DNA of 62,418 nucleotides from Sandaracinaceae bacterium (GTDB lineage: Bacteria > Myxococcota_A > Polyangia > Polyangiales > Sandaracinaceae): assembly GCA_044220955.1 (NCBI GenBank), contig JBGAQA010000037.1:1-62418 (forward strand), read 5' to 3'. Shown piece after piece: positions 1 to 9,658 of this stretch. The translations under genes were made by a program, and so were the position numbers. Below the pieces are notes generated by a model. The model made no database searches. It worked only from the letters and a program-made list of their open reading frames with translations, and was not told the origin of the DNA. How positions within the stretch are numbered: position 1 is the stretch's first letter; every line of letters begins with the position of its first letter.

Positions 1-77
1 AGGTCGAGAGCGAGGTCGAGGTCGAGAGCGAGAGCGAGGGCGAGAGCGAGAGCGAGAGCGAGAGCGAGAGCGAGAGC
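1..77. repeat. Hexamer tandem tract (GAGAGC/GAGGTC)n directly downstream of the EBP gene
   Basis: aggtcgagagcgaggtcgaggtcgagagcgagagcgagggcgagagcgagagcg... runs to the TGA at 78-80; probably continues beyond the window edge. Confidence 0.85.
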
Positions 78-1508
78 TCACTCGTCGTCGCCCGCCGCGT
101 CCCGCACGCCGTATCGCTTCGCGAGCTCGCGCAGGTGGTAGCGCGTGAGCCCCGCGGCCTGCGCGCTGCGCGTGATGTTGCCGCCGTGCTTGTCGAGCAG
201 CGCCTTCAGGTACGCCGCCTCGAACACGTCGAGCACGCGCTGCTTGGCCTCCTTGAAGGGCATCGCGTCGGCGACGAACTGCTCGGCGTCCCCGCCCGGA
301 AGCGGCAAGGGCGGCGTCTTCTGCGAGCTCGGCATCACGTCGCGCACCGTGAGCTCGGGGCCGTCGGCCAGCGAGGCGCCGCGCTCGATGGTGTTCTTCA
401 GCTCGCGGACGTTGCCGGGCCACGCGTACTGTTGCAGGCGCGTCATCGCGTCCTTGGCGATCGCGAGCTTCTTCTCCTCGCCCGGCCAGCGCCGCGCGGC
501 GAAGTCCTCGAGGAAGTGCTGCACGAGCAGCGGCACGTCCTCGGGGCGCTCGCGCAGCGGCGGGAGCTCCACCGTCACCACGCCGAGCCGGTAGTAGAGG
601 TCCTCGCGGAACGTTCCGTCGTTCACCATCTGCCGGAGGTCGCGGTTCGTCGCCGCGACGACGCGCACGTTCACGGGGATCGCCCGATCGCCACCCACGC
701 GCTTGATCTCGCGGTTCTCGAGCACGCGCAGCAGCTTCGGCTGGAGCGAGAGGTCGAGCTCGCCGATCTCGTCGAGGAAGATCGTCCCGCCGTCCGCCTG
801 CTCGAAGCTGCCGCGGTGCCGCTCGGTCGCGCCCGTGAAGGAGCCGCGCTCGTGCCCGAAGAGCGTGCTCTCGATCAGATCCTTGGGGATCGCCGAGCAG
901 TCCTGCACGACGAGCGCTCCACCCTTGCGGCGCGAGCTCTTGTGGACCGCGCGCGCGACGAGCTCCTTGCCCGTCCCCGTCTCGCCCCGCACGAGGACCG
1001 TCAGCTCGGTCGGGGCGACCTTCTCGAGCGTCGCGAAGATCTCGCGCATCCGCACGCCCTTGCCGACCAGCTCGTGGAAGCGCTCGCTCTTGCTCAGGTC
1101 GATCTCGACGGTGCCCTTGCCGAGCTCGAAGCGCAGCGTGGACTGGCCCGCGCGGATCGTCATGCCGGGCTTCACCCAGACCTCACGCACGCGGAGGTCT
1201 CCACCCCCTTCCGCCGAGCGACAGAGCGTGCCGTTGGTCGAGTCCAGATCCCGGAGCAGGAAGCCGCGATCGCTCGCGACGATCTCGAAGTGCGTCCCGC
1301 TCACCGCCTTGTCGGCGATGACGAGGTCGCAGATCACGCTGCGGCCCACGGTCACGCGCTCGCGCTCGATGAGCAGCTCCTTGCCCTTGCCCTCGCCCTC
1401 GACGATCGAGAGCCGCGCGCGCTCGAGCCGGCGCTTCTCGGCGCGGTCGGCGACGAAGATCGTCGTCAGCGGCGGCTTCTCTTCCGGATCGCTCTTCGGT
1501 TCGGTCAC
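78..1508 (-). CDS. FHA-domain sigma54-dependent enhancer-binding protein (Fis-type HTH)
   Basis: FHA motifs (VGRS...VSGTH...DLDSTNGT), Walker A GETGTGKE, GSFTGA loop, [27 protein letters not shown]-terminal HTH; GTG start overlaps the rpe stop (GTGA). Confidence 0.93.
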   Translation of the reverse strand: MTEPKSDPEEKPPLTTIFVADRAEKRRLERARLSIVEGEGKGKELLIERERVTVGRSVICDLVIADKAVSGTHFEIVASDRGFLLRDLDSTNGTLCRSAEGGGDLRVREVWVKPGMTIRAGQSTLRFELGKGTVEIDLSKSERFHELVGKGVRMREIFATLEKVAPTELTVLVRGETGTGKELVARAVHKSSRRKGGALVVQDCSAIPKDLIESTLFGHERGSFTGATERHRGSFEQADGGTIFLDEIGELDLSLQPKLLRVLENREIKRVGGDRAIPVNVRVVAATNRDLRQMVNDGTFREDLYYRLGVVTVELPPLRERPEDVPLLVQHFLEDFAARRWPGEEKKLAIAKDAMTRLQQYAWPGNVRELKNTIERGASLADGPELTVRDVMPSSQKTPPLPLPGGDAEQFVADAMPFKEAKQRVLDVFEAAYLKALLDKHGGNITRSAQAAGLTRYHLRELAKRYGVRDAAGDDE

Positions 1509-2185
1509 GAGGCCCCACTCGCATCGCGCCGCAGCGACGCGATCGCATCCGCATACGACGGTCCGCCGAACACGGCATTGCCGGCGACGAGCACGTCGGC
1601 GCCGGCCGCGCACGCCCGCGACGCGGTGCCCGGCTTGATGCCGCCGTCGACCTCGAGGTCGATCGCGCGGCCGCTGGCGTCGATCATCTCGCGGATCCCG
1701 GCGATCTTCGGCAAGACGGCGTCGATGAACGACTGGCCGCCGAACCCCGGGTTCACGCTCATCACGAGGACGAGGTCCACGTCCCCCATCACGTAGCGCA
1801 GCACGTCCTGCCCGGTGTGGGGGTTGAGCGAGACGCCCGCCCTCTTGCCGAGCGCCTTGATCTGCTGGAGCACCCGGTGCAGGTGCACGCACGCCTCGGC
1901 GTGCACGGTGATGATGTCGCTGCCGGCCGCGGCGAAGGCCTCGATCATCCGCTCCGGCTCCACCATCATCAGGTGCACGTCGAGCGTGAGCCGGCTGACC
2001 TTGCGCAGGGCCGCGACGACGGGGGGCCCCAGCGTCAGGTTCGGCACGAAGCGCCCGTCCATGACGTCCACGTGGGCGTAGTCGGCTCCCGCTGCCTCGA
2101 TGGCGCGCAGCTCGTCGCCGAGGCGCGCGAAGTCGGCCGACAGGATGGAGGGCGCGATGCGGATCGGGCGCGGCGAGCGGGGCAC
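1505..2185 (-). CDS. rpe: Ribulose-phosphate 3-epimerase
   Basis: IAPSILSADF, HVDVMDGRFVPNLT, DVHLM, MSVNPGFGGQSF, EVDGGI motifs; start approximate. Confidence 0.96.
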   Translation of the reverse strand: MPRSPRPIRIAPSILSADFARLGDELRAIEAAGADYAHVDVMDGRFVPNLTLGPPVVAALRKVSRLTLDVHLMMVEPERMIEAFAAAGSDIITVHAEACVHLHRVLQQIKALGKRAGVSLNPHTGQDVLRYVMGDVDLVLVMSVNPGFGGQSFIDAVLPKIAGIREMIDASGRAIDLEVDGGIKPGTASRACAAGADVLVAGNAVFGGPSYADAIASLRRDASGAS

Positions 2186-2246
2186 GGCGAGCCGAGTCAA
2201 CGCGGTCGCGCGCGCAGCGTCAAGCCGACCGTGCCATGCTCGGGCG

Positions 2247-3080
2247 ATGCGCCGGGTGCTCTGCTCGATCCTGCTCCTGTCGGTCGCGACCGTGGCCCGG
2301 GCGCAGGCCCTGCCGCCCGACGTGGTCCACCTGACCAACGGCGGGATGCTGCGGGGCACGATCATCGAGAACCTCCCCGGCGACCACGTGACGATCCAGC
2401 TCCCGACGGGCGAGACGCGGACCTACCCGTCGGCGGAGGTCGCGTCGGCGGGCCCGGCCGAGGTCCCGCAGGACATCGTCCCACCCCCGCCGAGCAGCGG
2501 GGTGATGGTGCCGGTGGGGCCGCCCCGCGTGGCACGGCCCGGAGGGCTCCCGACGTACGGCCCCCAGGGCCCGACGGCCCCGACGATCCGGGTCCACGTG
2601 GAGTCCACGTCCCCCGAGCTCACGCTCCAGCAGGTGACGGGCACCGGCACGGCCATCGTCAGCACGGGGCGCAGCTTCGCCACCGTGATGGTCGACAGCT
2701 TCGCACCCCTCTGCACGGCGCCCTGCGACGTGGAGCTGCCAGCGCACACGTACATCCTGGGCGTATCCGAGGGCCAGGGCGCCGCGCGCAGGGGCGACCA
2801 CAACCTGTTCACGCTCGACGCCGACACGACGCTCGAGCTCGAGTACGAGAGCCGCGAGGGCGCGCGCATCGCGGGCTGGATCGTCTTCATCGGCGGAGCG
2901 CTCGTGGGCGCGGGGATCATGCTCGGCGGCATCCTCGCCAACTCGAGCACGGACGACTTCGTCACCTGGCTCATCGCCGGCAGCGTCGTCCTCGCGGTCT
3001 CCGAGATCGTGGGCCTGGCCCTCGCGTTCCTCAACGACCACGCCGACATCAGGGAGATCGACGGTAGCGTTCGCTTCTGA
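2247..3080 (+). CDS. Secreted/membrane hypothetical protein (signal peptide, Pro-rich linker, two C-terminal hydrophobic segments)
   Basis: MRRVLCSILLLSVATVARAQ signal; DVVHLTNGGMLRGTIIE N-domain; CTAPC; GC3-rich codon usage. Confidence 0.8.
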   Translation: MRRVLCSILLLSVATVARAQALPPDVVHLTNGGMLRGTIIENLPGDHVTIQLPTGETRTYPSAEVASAGPAEVPQDIVPPPPSSGVMVPVGPPRVARPGGLPTYGPQGPTAPTIRVHVESTSPELTLQQVTGTGTAIVSTGRSFATVMVDSFAPLCTAPCDVELPAHTYILGVSEGQGAARRGDHNLFTLDADTTLELEYESREGARIAGWIVFIGGALVGAGIMLGGILANSSTDDFVTWLIAGSVVLAVSEIVGLALAFLNDHADIREIDGSVRF

Positions 3081-3212
3081 ATTGGCCGCGCGACCGGCTT
3101 GAAGCCGTGGGGCCGCGTTCTAGACTCGGCGCTGGCGCCACCGCCCGTTCTGCCTGCTTTTGCTTGTGCTTAGGCTCAATCCGTCCGAGAGTGCCACCCT
3201 GCCAAGCAACCC

Positions 3213-4730
3213 ATGGCCGTAGAACAGAGATACCGCGTCGTCGAGCGCCTCGAGGCCGGCGGCATGGCCGAGGTGTTCAAGGGCGAGTCCCTCTCCGTCC
3301 AGGGCTTCAAGAAGCAGGTCGCGATCAAGCGCGTCCTGCCGCACCTCGCGCAGAACAAGAACTTCATCTCGATGTTCCTCGACGAGGCGCGCCTCGGAGC
3401 GCGCCTGACGCACGCGAACATCGTCACCGTCTTCGACATCGGCGCCGCCGACAACACGTTCTTCATCGTGATGGAGTTCGTCGACGGCTGTAACCTGAAG
3501 ACGATCATCGAGACCTACCGCCAGTCGGGCAAGCGTCTCGGCGTGAAGGAAGCGCTCTACATCGCGATGCAGGCCCTCAACGGCCTGAGCTTCGCGCACG
3601 AGCTGACGGACGACGACGGCAAGGAGCTGCACATCGTCCATCGCGACATCTCGCCGCCGAACATCCTGCTCAGCAAGCGCGGCGAGGTGAAGGTCACCGA
3701 CTTCGGACTCGCGAAGGCGACCACGCAGCTCGAGAAGACCGACCCTGGCGTCGTGAAGGGGAAGTTCAGCTACCTGTCGCCCGAGGCGGCGTTCGGCCAG
3801 CCCGTGGACGCGCGCACGGACGTGTTCGCGCTCGGCATCGTCGTCTGGGAGATGCTCGCCGGGCGGCGGCTCTTCCTCGGCGAGACGGACTTCCAGACGG
3901 TCAAGCTGGTCCAGCAGGCGCAGATCCCGAGCCTCTCGCGCATCAACCCCGAGGTCGACTCCGAGCTCGAGAAGATGCTCGGACAGGCGCTCACGCAGGA
4001 CGTGAAGTCGCGCTACCAGACGGCGCGCGACTTCCAGGACGCGATCGCAGGCTACCTCTTCAGCCGCAAGCTGAAGGTCACCGCGTTCGACGTCGCGAGC
4101 ATCGTGAAGGCCGCGATCCTCACGAAGGCCGAGCTGAAGAAGGGCGAGATGCAGCCCGGCCAGCAGTCGATCATCGACCGGCTGATCCAGGAGGAGCTGC
4201 TGCGCTTCACGTCGCTCGACGACATGAGCAACCCCGTCCCGGACTCTGGCGGCGGCGGCGGCAGCGACGGCGACGACGCGAGCAAGCCGCTCGACGCAGG
4301 CCTGTTCGAGAACCCGGCCGACTGGTTCCGCGACGACAAGGACGTGCAGGCGCACGCGCCCGCGAGCAAGACCCCGAGCGAGCCTGGCTGGCGCGAGTCG
4401 GGGCTCGACGTGAACCACGCCGCGCCGCCGCCCTCGCGCAACGCGACACCGACCGGTGGCCTGGCCCGCACGCTCGAGCCGCGGACGAGCCAGCCCGACC
4501 TGGCCCGCCGCAGCAGCGCGCCGCCGGAGCCCGCCAAGCAGAGCGGCGTGACGGCGCCCCGCAAGAGCGTCTCGGAGACGACGCCCAAGGCGCCCGCCAA
4601 GATCGCCGTGCCGGACGAGCCGGAGCCGGCGAAGAAGTCGAGCGGCGCGATGATCTACGTCGTGCTCGCGATCGTCGTCGCGCTCGGCGCGGGCGCCGCG
4701 GCCTGGTTCGGCGGCGTGATCCCGCACTAG
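3213..4730 (+). CDS. Hanks-type Ser/Thr protein kinase with C-terminal TM anchor
   Basis: GGMAEVF, VAIKR, HRDISPPNILL, DFGLAK, YLSPE, DVFALG; terminal hydrophobic helix. Confidence 0.95.
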   Translation: MAVEQRYRVVERLEAGGMAEVFKGESLSVQGFKKQVAIKRVLPHLAQNKNFISMFLDEARLGARLTHANIVTVFDIGAADNTFFIVMEFVDGCNLKTIIETYRQSGKRLGVKEALYIAMQALNGLSFAHELTDDDGKELHIVHRDISPPNILLSKRGEVKVTDFGLAKATTQLEKTDPGVVKGKFSYLSPEAAFGQPVDARTDVFALGIVVWEMLAGRRLFLGETDFQTVKLVQQAQIPSLSRINPEVDSELEKMLGQALTQDVKSRYQTARDFQDAIAGYLFSRKLKVTAFDVASIVKAAILTKAELKKGEMQPGQQSIIDRLIQEELLRFTSLDDMSNPVPDSGGGGGSDGDDASKPLDAGLFENPADWFRDDKDVQAHAPASKTPSEPGWRESGLDVNHAAPPPSRNATPTGGLARTLEPRTSQPDLARRSSAPPEPAKQSGVTAPRKSVSETTPKAPAKIAVPDEPEPAKKSSGAMIYVVLAIVVALGAGAAAWFGGVIPH

Positions 4731-4732
4731 TT

Positions 4733-4870
4733 CTTCAGGGGACCTGAGCGACCTGAGCGGTCCCCTCGAGGGACCGGCGGAGCCGGATCCCTCTCACCCC
4801 TTCTCCGTCTCGGCTCGCTACCGCTCGCCTCACGAGGCACACCGCGCGTCGCGCGCAGCCGCGGGATCGC
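4733..4870. repeat. Structured intergenic repeat, copy A (REP/MITE-like), between convergent genes
   Basis: Shares blocks agggg(a/c)cctgagcg, accggcggagccggat, ctcacccct and cgaggcacaccgc.cgtcgcgcgc with 23255-23380; followed by a (CTCTCG)-like tract to 4924. Confidence 0.8.
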
Positions 4871-4924
4871 GCGCGGAGCTGGCGTCGGTCTCGCTCTCCG
4901 CTCTCGCTCTCCTCTCGCCCTCGC

Positions 4925-5800
4925 TCAGGAGCGGCGACGACCCGTCCGGCGGGTGCGCTCTTCGAGCTCGTCCTCGTCGACTTGCTCGTCGGCCTCGGCG
5001 ACGCGGGTCCGCGGCGGAGGCGGCGTGACGATCGGGCCCTTCGCGCCCGCGGAGGCGACCGTGCTCGCGACCGGCGCCGGCTGCTTCTGCTGCGCGACGT
5101 AGCGCTCGAACTCGGTGCGCGGCGACGCGGCGGCGGCCGTGAGCTCCTCGGAGAGCGTCTTGGCCGCGCTCGCCGCTCGCTTGCCCAGTGCCGCGACCAG
5201 CGCGGTGACGCCCTCCTCGATCGCGCGATCGATCTCCTTCTCGGTGTTCGCGAGCACCGAGCCGCGTCGCTTGCGCGCCTCCGACGCGGCCCGTGCTTCG
5301 TCACCCAGCTCGCGCCAGCGCCGGCGCCACGCCTCGGCCGCCTGCCGCTGCGCCTCACGCCGCGCCTTCTTCGCAGCACGCTTCTCCTCGCGCGCGAGCA
5401 GCCGCTCCACCTGCTCGGTGGTCGGCGAGAGGAGCGCGCGACGCGCGGAGAACGCGACGCCCAGACCCCACGCCAGCGCGACGTAGAGCGCCCACCACAC
5501 CCCCGGCGTCACGAGGAAGTTCAGCGAGACGAGGAACGTCATGACGATCGCATACGTCGAGAAGTGCGACACGAAGCGGCGGCGCGCGTCCTTCCTCCAG
5601 CGAGCCGTCGCCGCCTCGATCGTCCTCTCCTCACCTAGCTCGGCGAGCGCCGTGTCGATCGCCTCGGCGTCGATCCCGACCTCCCGCGCCGCCGCGACGA
5701 GGTCGTCGTGGCGCACGCCGTCCTCGGCCTGCTGGGTGCGCTCGGCGGCGCGACGGAGGATCTCCTCCATCTCCTCTCGCGTGTACGAGCGCTGCGCCAC
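4925..5800 (-). CDS. 2TM-domain membrane protein with coiled-coil tail
   Basis: YTREEMEEILRRA N-terminus; FVSHFSTYAIVMTFLVSLNFL...WWALYVALAWGLGVAF is 2TM-like. Confidence 0.75.
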   Translation of the reverse strand: MAQRSYTREEMEEILRRAAERTQQAEDGVRHDDLVAAAREVGIDAEAIDTALAELGEERTIEAATARWRKDARRRFVSHFSTYAIVMTFLVSLNFLVTPGVWWALYVALAWGLGVAFSARRALLSPTTEQVERLLAREEKRAAKKARREAQRQAAEAWRRRWRELGDEARAASEARKRRGSVLANTEKEIDRAIEEGVTALVAALGKRAASAAKTLSEELTAAAASPRTEFERYVAQQKQPAPVASTVASAGAKGPIVTPPPPRTRVAEADEQVDEDELEERTRRTGRRRS

Positions 5801-5872
5801 GGCTTCGTTGTACCAAGCCGCCCGACCCCGCGCCGCTCGTTTCCCGGGCGATCGGGCCCCGGCCGTCGCCGA

Positions 5873-6916
5873 TCAGAAGATCTGCAGCGTGTCGCCGGTC
5901 GAGAGCGTGCACAGGCCACCGGTCGGCGACCCACCGGTGCGGAGGATCGAGGCCTCCGCCGGCTCGCGGTACACGCCGCTCAGCTCGATGTCGATCATCC
6001 GCAGCATCGACTCGTTGAGGCGCGTCACGAAGTAGCAGGGGATCGAGGGCTCGAGGTGCGCGCCGCCGACGCCCGAGTCGTCGGTGAGGAAGAGATAGCG
6101 CCCGCCGGTCAGCTGCGCGGCCGAGCGCATGGTGTACTCGGTGAGCGTGTCGACGCCGCTCGAGGCGACCGGGTAGACGTGAACGTCGAGACCCGACGCA
6201 GCGCGGACGGCCGCCGCGAGCTCGGCGCGATCGGCTTCGTGATGCGGGGCGTCCGCGACCCAGAACGCGAGGCGCGCCGTCGCGACGTCCGTACGCCACC
6301 CGAGGTGCGCCATCGCGTCGAGCGCCCGTGCGGCCGCCTCGGGGTAGTCACCCCCGCCCGACGCGCCCTCGGCGTCGAGGTGCGCTCGGAACGCGGTCAC
6401 GTCGCCGTCGAAGTCGAACGTGCGCGTCACGTACTCGTCGGTGTCGTCCTTGTACGCGACCAGCGCCCAGTGCGTGTCTGCATCCGGGTGCGCGGCCACG
6501 ACGCGCGTCGCGATGTCGGCGACCTCCGTCTGCAGGTACGAGATCTCGTCCCCCATGCTGCCGGTGGTGTCGATGACGAGCGCGACGTCGAGCGTCTCGT
6601 GCGCCGTGGGCGCGGCGAACCGCTCGTGCGCCGCGTCGTGCTCGGCCGCGGTGAACGACGGCGTCGACCGGTCACCCGTGGCCTCGAACTCCGTGCGGAA
6701 GTCGGTGAACCACCCGTAGTTCCGGTTGTCGTCCCAGACGCCGGCGGTCAGCGTGCCGGCCGGGGCCGAGCCGCTCCCCTGGGACGTGCCCGGCGCGCCG
6801 GTCGAGTCGGTCGTTCGGTACGACTCGCCGCCACCGTACGAGGCCGCGCCCCCGCCTGCGTTCGCTGCACAGCCGGCCAGACCGAGCACCACCCACAGCC
6901 AAGCACGAGAGCGCAT
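5873..6916 (-). CDS. vWA-domain lipoprotein
   Basis: Lipobox LAGC; MIDAS-like VIDTTGSM, GGGDYPEA, VADAPHH; SD GGAGGT upstream. Confidence 0.88.
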   Translation of the reverse strand: MRSRAWLWVVLGLAGCAANAGGGAASYGGGESYRTTDSTGAPGTSQGSGSAPAGTLTAGVWDDNRNYGWFTDFRTEFEATGDRSTPSFTAAEHDAAHERFAAPTAHETLDVALVIDTTGSMGDEISYLQTEVADIATRVVAAHPDADTHWALVAYKDDTDEYVTRTFDFDGDVTAFRAHLDAEGASGGGDYPEAAARALDAMAHLGWRTDVATARLAFWVADAPHHEADRAELAAAVRAASGLDVHVYPVASSGVDTLTEYTMRSAAQLTGGRYLFLTDDSGVGGAHLEPSIPCYFVTRLNESMLRMIDIELSGVYREPAEASILRTGGSPTGGLCTLSTGDTLQIF

Positions 6917-6940
6917 CGCCACCTCCGCAGAGGGAGCGCA

Positions 6941-6955
6941 GCAGACCCCGTGCCA
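6941..6955 (-). promoter_or_regulatory. Sigma54 (-24/-12) promoter of the vWA lipoprotein gene
   Basis: Minus strand TGGCACGGGGTCTGC matches TGGCACG-N4-TTGC with GG-N10-GC spacing; lies just upstream of the SD. Confidence 0.7.
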
Positions 6956-6983
6956 GCGATCTCGCGCCACCGTGTGCCGCGGA

Positions 6984-7451
6984 TCAGGGCGACGCGTAGA
7001 GCTGGGTCGCGACCTCGCCGGCGCCGTGCGCGCGGATCTCCACGCGGAACTGCACCGGCTCTTCGGGGCAGATCGGGCGCGTGGTGCCGAGGATCGCACC
7101 GCCTCCGGTGGTCGTGTCCTGCTGCACGAGCACCCCGTCGACGGAGTAGAGGAACAGGTCGAGCTCGCCCGCGGCGTCCGTCCCCTGGGCCAGCACTTTG
7201 TAACAGAGCCCCGAGTCCAGGATCGCGGTGAAGCTCGCGCTCTGGCCGGGCGTCATCGTGAAGTGCCGCGCCTCGCCCTGACGGATCATGTAGGGCGCCT
7301 CGGTCGGCGCGCGCGTCCGGATCTGCCGCTCCAGCGGGTCGGCAGGCGTCGGGTCGGGATCCTGCGGCGCAGGTGGCGGCTGGTAGGTGCTGCAGCCCAA
7401 GAGGCCCAGCACCACCACCGCGAGAAGGGCGCGAGGTCGCGTGAGGATCAC
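6984..7451 (-). CDS. Lipoprotein with a pre-peptidase C-terminal (PPC)-like beta domain
   Basis: Lipobox LLGC; CYKVLAQG...ELDLFLYSVDG; GTGA coupling to the upstream RCC1 gene. Confidence 0.78.
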   Translation of the reverse strand: MILTRPRALLAVVVLGLLGCSTYQPPPAPQDPDPTPADPLERQIRTRAPTEAPYMIRQGEARHFTMTPGQSASFTAILDSGLCYKVLAQGTDAAGELDLFLYSVDGVLVQQDTTTGGGAILGTTRPICPEEPVQFRVEIRAHGAGEVATQLYASP

Positions 7452-8884
7452 GAACCGAGCGCGATGACGCGGACCGGCGAGAACGACGGCATCGCCCGCA
7501 TCGCGTCGCCGAGCTGGTAGCGCAGGCTCTGGCCCCAGCACCACACCTCGCCGGTCGTCGTCAGCGCGCAGGCGTGCCCCCCGCCCACACCGATGTGCGA
7601 GACGCCGCTCACGCCCGTGACCTGCGTCGGGGTCAGCTGGCAGTCGTAGGGCGCGCCGGCGCCGTTGATGCACGGCGTGGTCGTGTGGACCATGCTGCCG
7701 TCGCCGATCTGTCCCACGTCTGCCGGTCCCCAGCACCACACGCTCCCGTCGTGGCGGAGCGCGCACGCGTTGCCGTCCACCACCCGGAGCTCATCGACAC
7801 TGGAGAGGCCCATGGGTTCCACGGGCGCGACGGTCGAGTTGATGTCGCCGGTGCCGAGGCCGCCGGTCTGACCGCCACCCCAGCACTGGACGTGGCCCGT
7901 CGAGTGCAACACGCAGCTGAAGTCGTCGCCGAGCTGGATGTCGACGACGGTCGTCGCGTCCACGCCCGTGACCTCGAGCGCCACGTACGAGCAGTCGTAC
8001 ATCGTGGGCGAGGCGACGCAGGTCTGGTGCGGAGGTGCGACGCCGAGCTGGTTGTAGTGGTTGTTGCCCCAGCAGTAGAGGTGCGTCGCGGTGCGCGCGC
8101 ACGTGTGGCCGCCCTGGGTGTCCACCTCGAGCACGCCCGTGAGCGGCGTGGTGCCGTCGGCCATGAGGGCGGTCACCGGCATCGTCGCGTCGTTGAACGT
8201 GCCGTCGCCGAGCACGCCGCTGCGGCCCGAGCCGACGCACTGCACCGTGGTGTCGGAGGCGATGAAGCAGAGGTTGGCGAAGCTGGTTGCGATCTGCGCG
8301 GTGCCGTCCGCGATCGCGGTCGAGCCGATCATCACGTGCTCCGGGTCGAAGCGATCGTGCTCGAGCTGCGAGCCGAGCCGGTAGTGCTGCGAGCCCCAGC
8401 ACCACGCCTCGCCCGAGCCGGTGAGCAGCGCGCACATCTGGTAGGAGCCGCGCGAGGTGATCGACTCCGCCGGGGCCGGCAGGCGCACGGTGACCGCGGC
8501 GCGCGAGCAGTCCGTGTCGGGCTCGCCCGCGGTGAGGCGGCAGTTGTCCGAGTGGCGCATCGCGCCGTCGCCGAGCTCGCCGTTCTGGCCGCGGCCCCAG
8601 CAGTCCACCTGTCCGTTCGCGCGGATCACGCACGAGGACTCGCCCATCAGCTCGAGGCCGACGAGGTCGCAGCCAGCACCGGTGCAGAGCGGCAGCGGCC
8701 CCGCGTCCACGCGCATGAAGGCGTCGGGGCGCACGCCCGTGTCGTTCGGCGGCGGCGTGCCGGTGTCGGGCGCGACGACGGCGGCGTCCGTCGTGGGGGC
8801 AGGCGAGCTGCAGCCCGCGAGCGCGAGGAGCGCGGTGAGCGCGGACTGGGAGACGATCGAAGAAGTCGGACGAGTGGCGCGCAC
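7448..8884 (-). CDS. RCC1/BLIP-II repeat beta-propeller lipoprotein
   Basis: Lipobox LAGC; repeated HTCA...V.CWG.N..GQLG.G units; start approximate. Confidence 0.88.
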   Translation of the reverse strand: MRATRPTSSIVSQSALTALLALAGCSSPAPTTDAAVVAPDTGTPPPNDTGVRPDAFMRVDAGPLPLCTGAGCDLVGLELMGESSCVIRANGQVDCWGRGQNGELGDGAMRHSDNCRLTAGEPDTDCSRAAVTVRLPAPAESITSRGSYQMCALLTGSGEAWCWGSQHYRLGSQLEHDRFDPEHVMIGSTAIADGTAQIATSFANLCFIASDTTVQCVGSGRSGVLGDGTFNDATMPVTALMADGTTPLTGVLEVDTQGGHTCARTATHLYCWGNNHYNQLGVAPPHQTCVASPTMYDCSYVALEVTGVDATTVVDIQLGDDFSCVLHSTGHVQCWGGGQTGGLGTGDINSTVAPVEPMGLSSVDELRVVDGNACALRHDGSVWCWGPADVGQIGDGSMVHTTTPCINGAGAPYDCQLTPTQVTGVSGVSHIGVGGGHACALTTTGEVWCWGQSLRYQLGDAMRAMPSFSPVRVIALGS

Positions 8885-8965
8885 GGTGGCCCTCCTGGCG
8901 AGCAAGAGGCGGACGCTAATCCACGGAGCAGGCCCGGGCAAACGGGTCTATCCTCGCGCGCGCCG

Positions 8966-9658
8966 ATGACGCGGACCGAGAAAGCGCGGCGGATCGTCGA
9001 GACCCTCGAGCGCCTCTACCCCGAGGTGCCCATCCCGCTCGACCACGCCGACCCGTTCACGCTGCTGGTGGCCGTCGTGCTCTCCGCGCAGACGACCGAC
9101 AAGAAGGTGAACCAGGTCACGCCGGCGCTCTTCGCGGAAGCGGGCACTCCCGAGAAGATGGCGGCGCTCTCGGTCGAGCGGATCCACCAGCTGATCCGCG
9201 AGGTCGGCCTCGCGCCCCAGAAGGCCAAGAACCTCTCGGGGCTGGCCCACCTGCTCGTCGAGCGACACGGCGGGAAGGTGCCGCGAACGTTCGAGGAGCT
9301 CGAGGCGCTGCCGGGCGTGGGACACAAGACCGCGAGCGTGGTGATGGCGCAAGCGTTCGGTGTGCCCGCGTTCCCGGTCGACACGCACATCCACCGGCTC
9401 GCGGAGCGCTGGGGCCTCTCGGACGGAAGCTCCGTCGTGCGCACCGAGGCCGACCTGAAGCGCACGTTCGATCGCTCGCTGTGGAACGGGCTGCACCTGC
9501 GGATCATCTACTTCGGGCGCGAGCACTGCCCCGCGCTGCGCCACGACATGCTCCACTGCCCGATCTGCAGCTGGGCCGCCCGGAAGGGCCGCGCGACGAA
9601 GGTGAAGGCGAAGGCGAGGCCGACGACGACCGGATCGAAGAGGAAGCGTGGAGCCTGA
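8966..9658 (+). CDS. nth: Endonuclease III
   Basis: LLVAVVLSAQTTDKKVN, LPGVGHKTA (HhH), VDTHIHRL, C-terminal Cys cluster (C..A.....H CPIC). Confidence 0.95.
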   Translation: MTRTEKARRIVETLERLYPEVPIPLDHADPFTLLVAVVLSAQTTDKKVNQVTPALFAEAGTPEKMAALSVERIHQLIREVGLAPQKAKNLSGLAHLLVERHGGKVPRTFEELEALPGVGHKTASVVMAQAFGVPAFPVDTHIHRLAERWGLSDGSSVVRTEADLKRTFDRSLWNGLHLRIIYFGREHCPALRHDMLHCPICSWAARKGRATKVKAKARPTTTGSKRKRGA

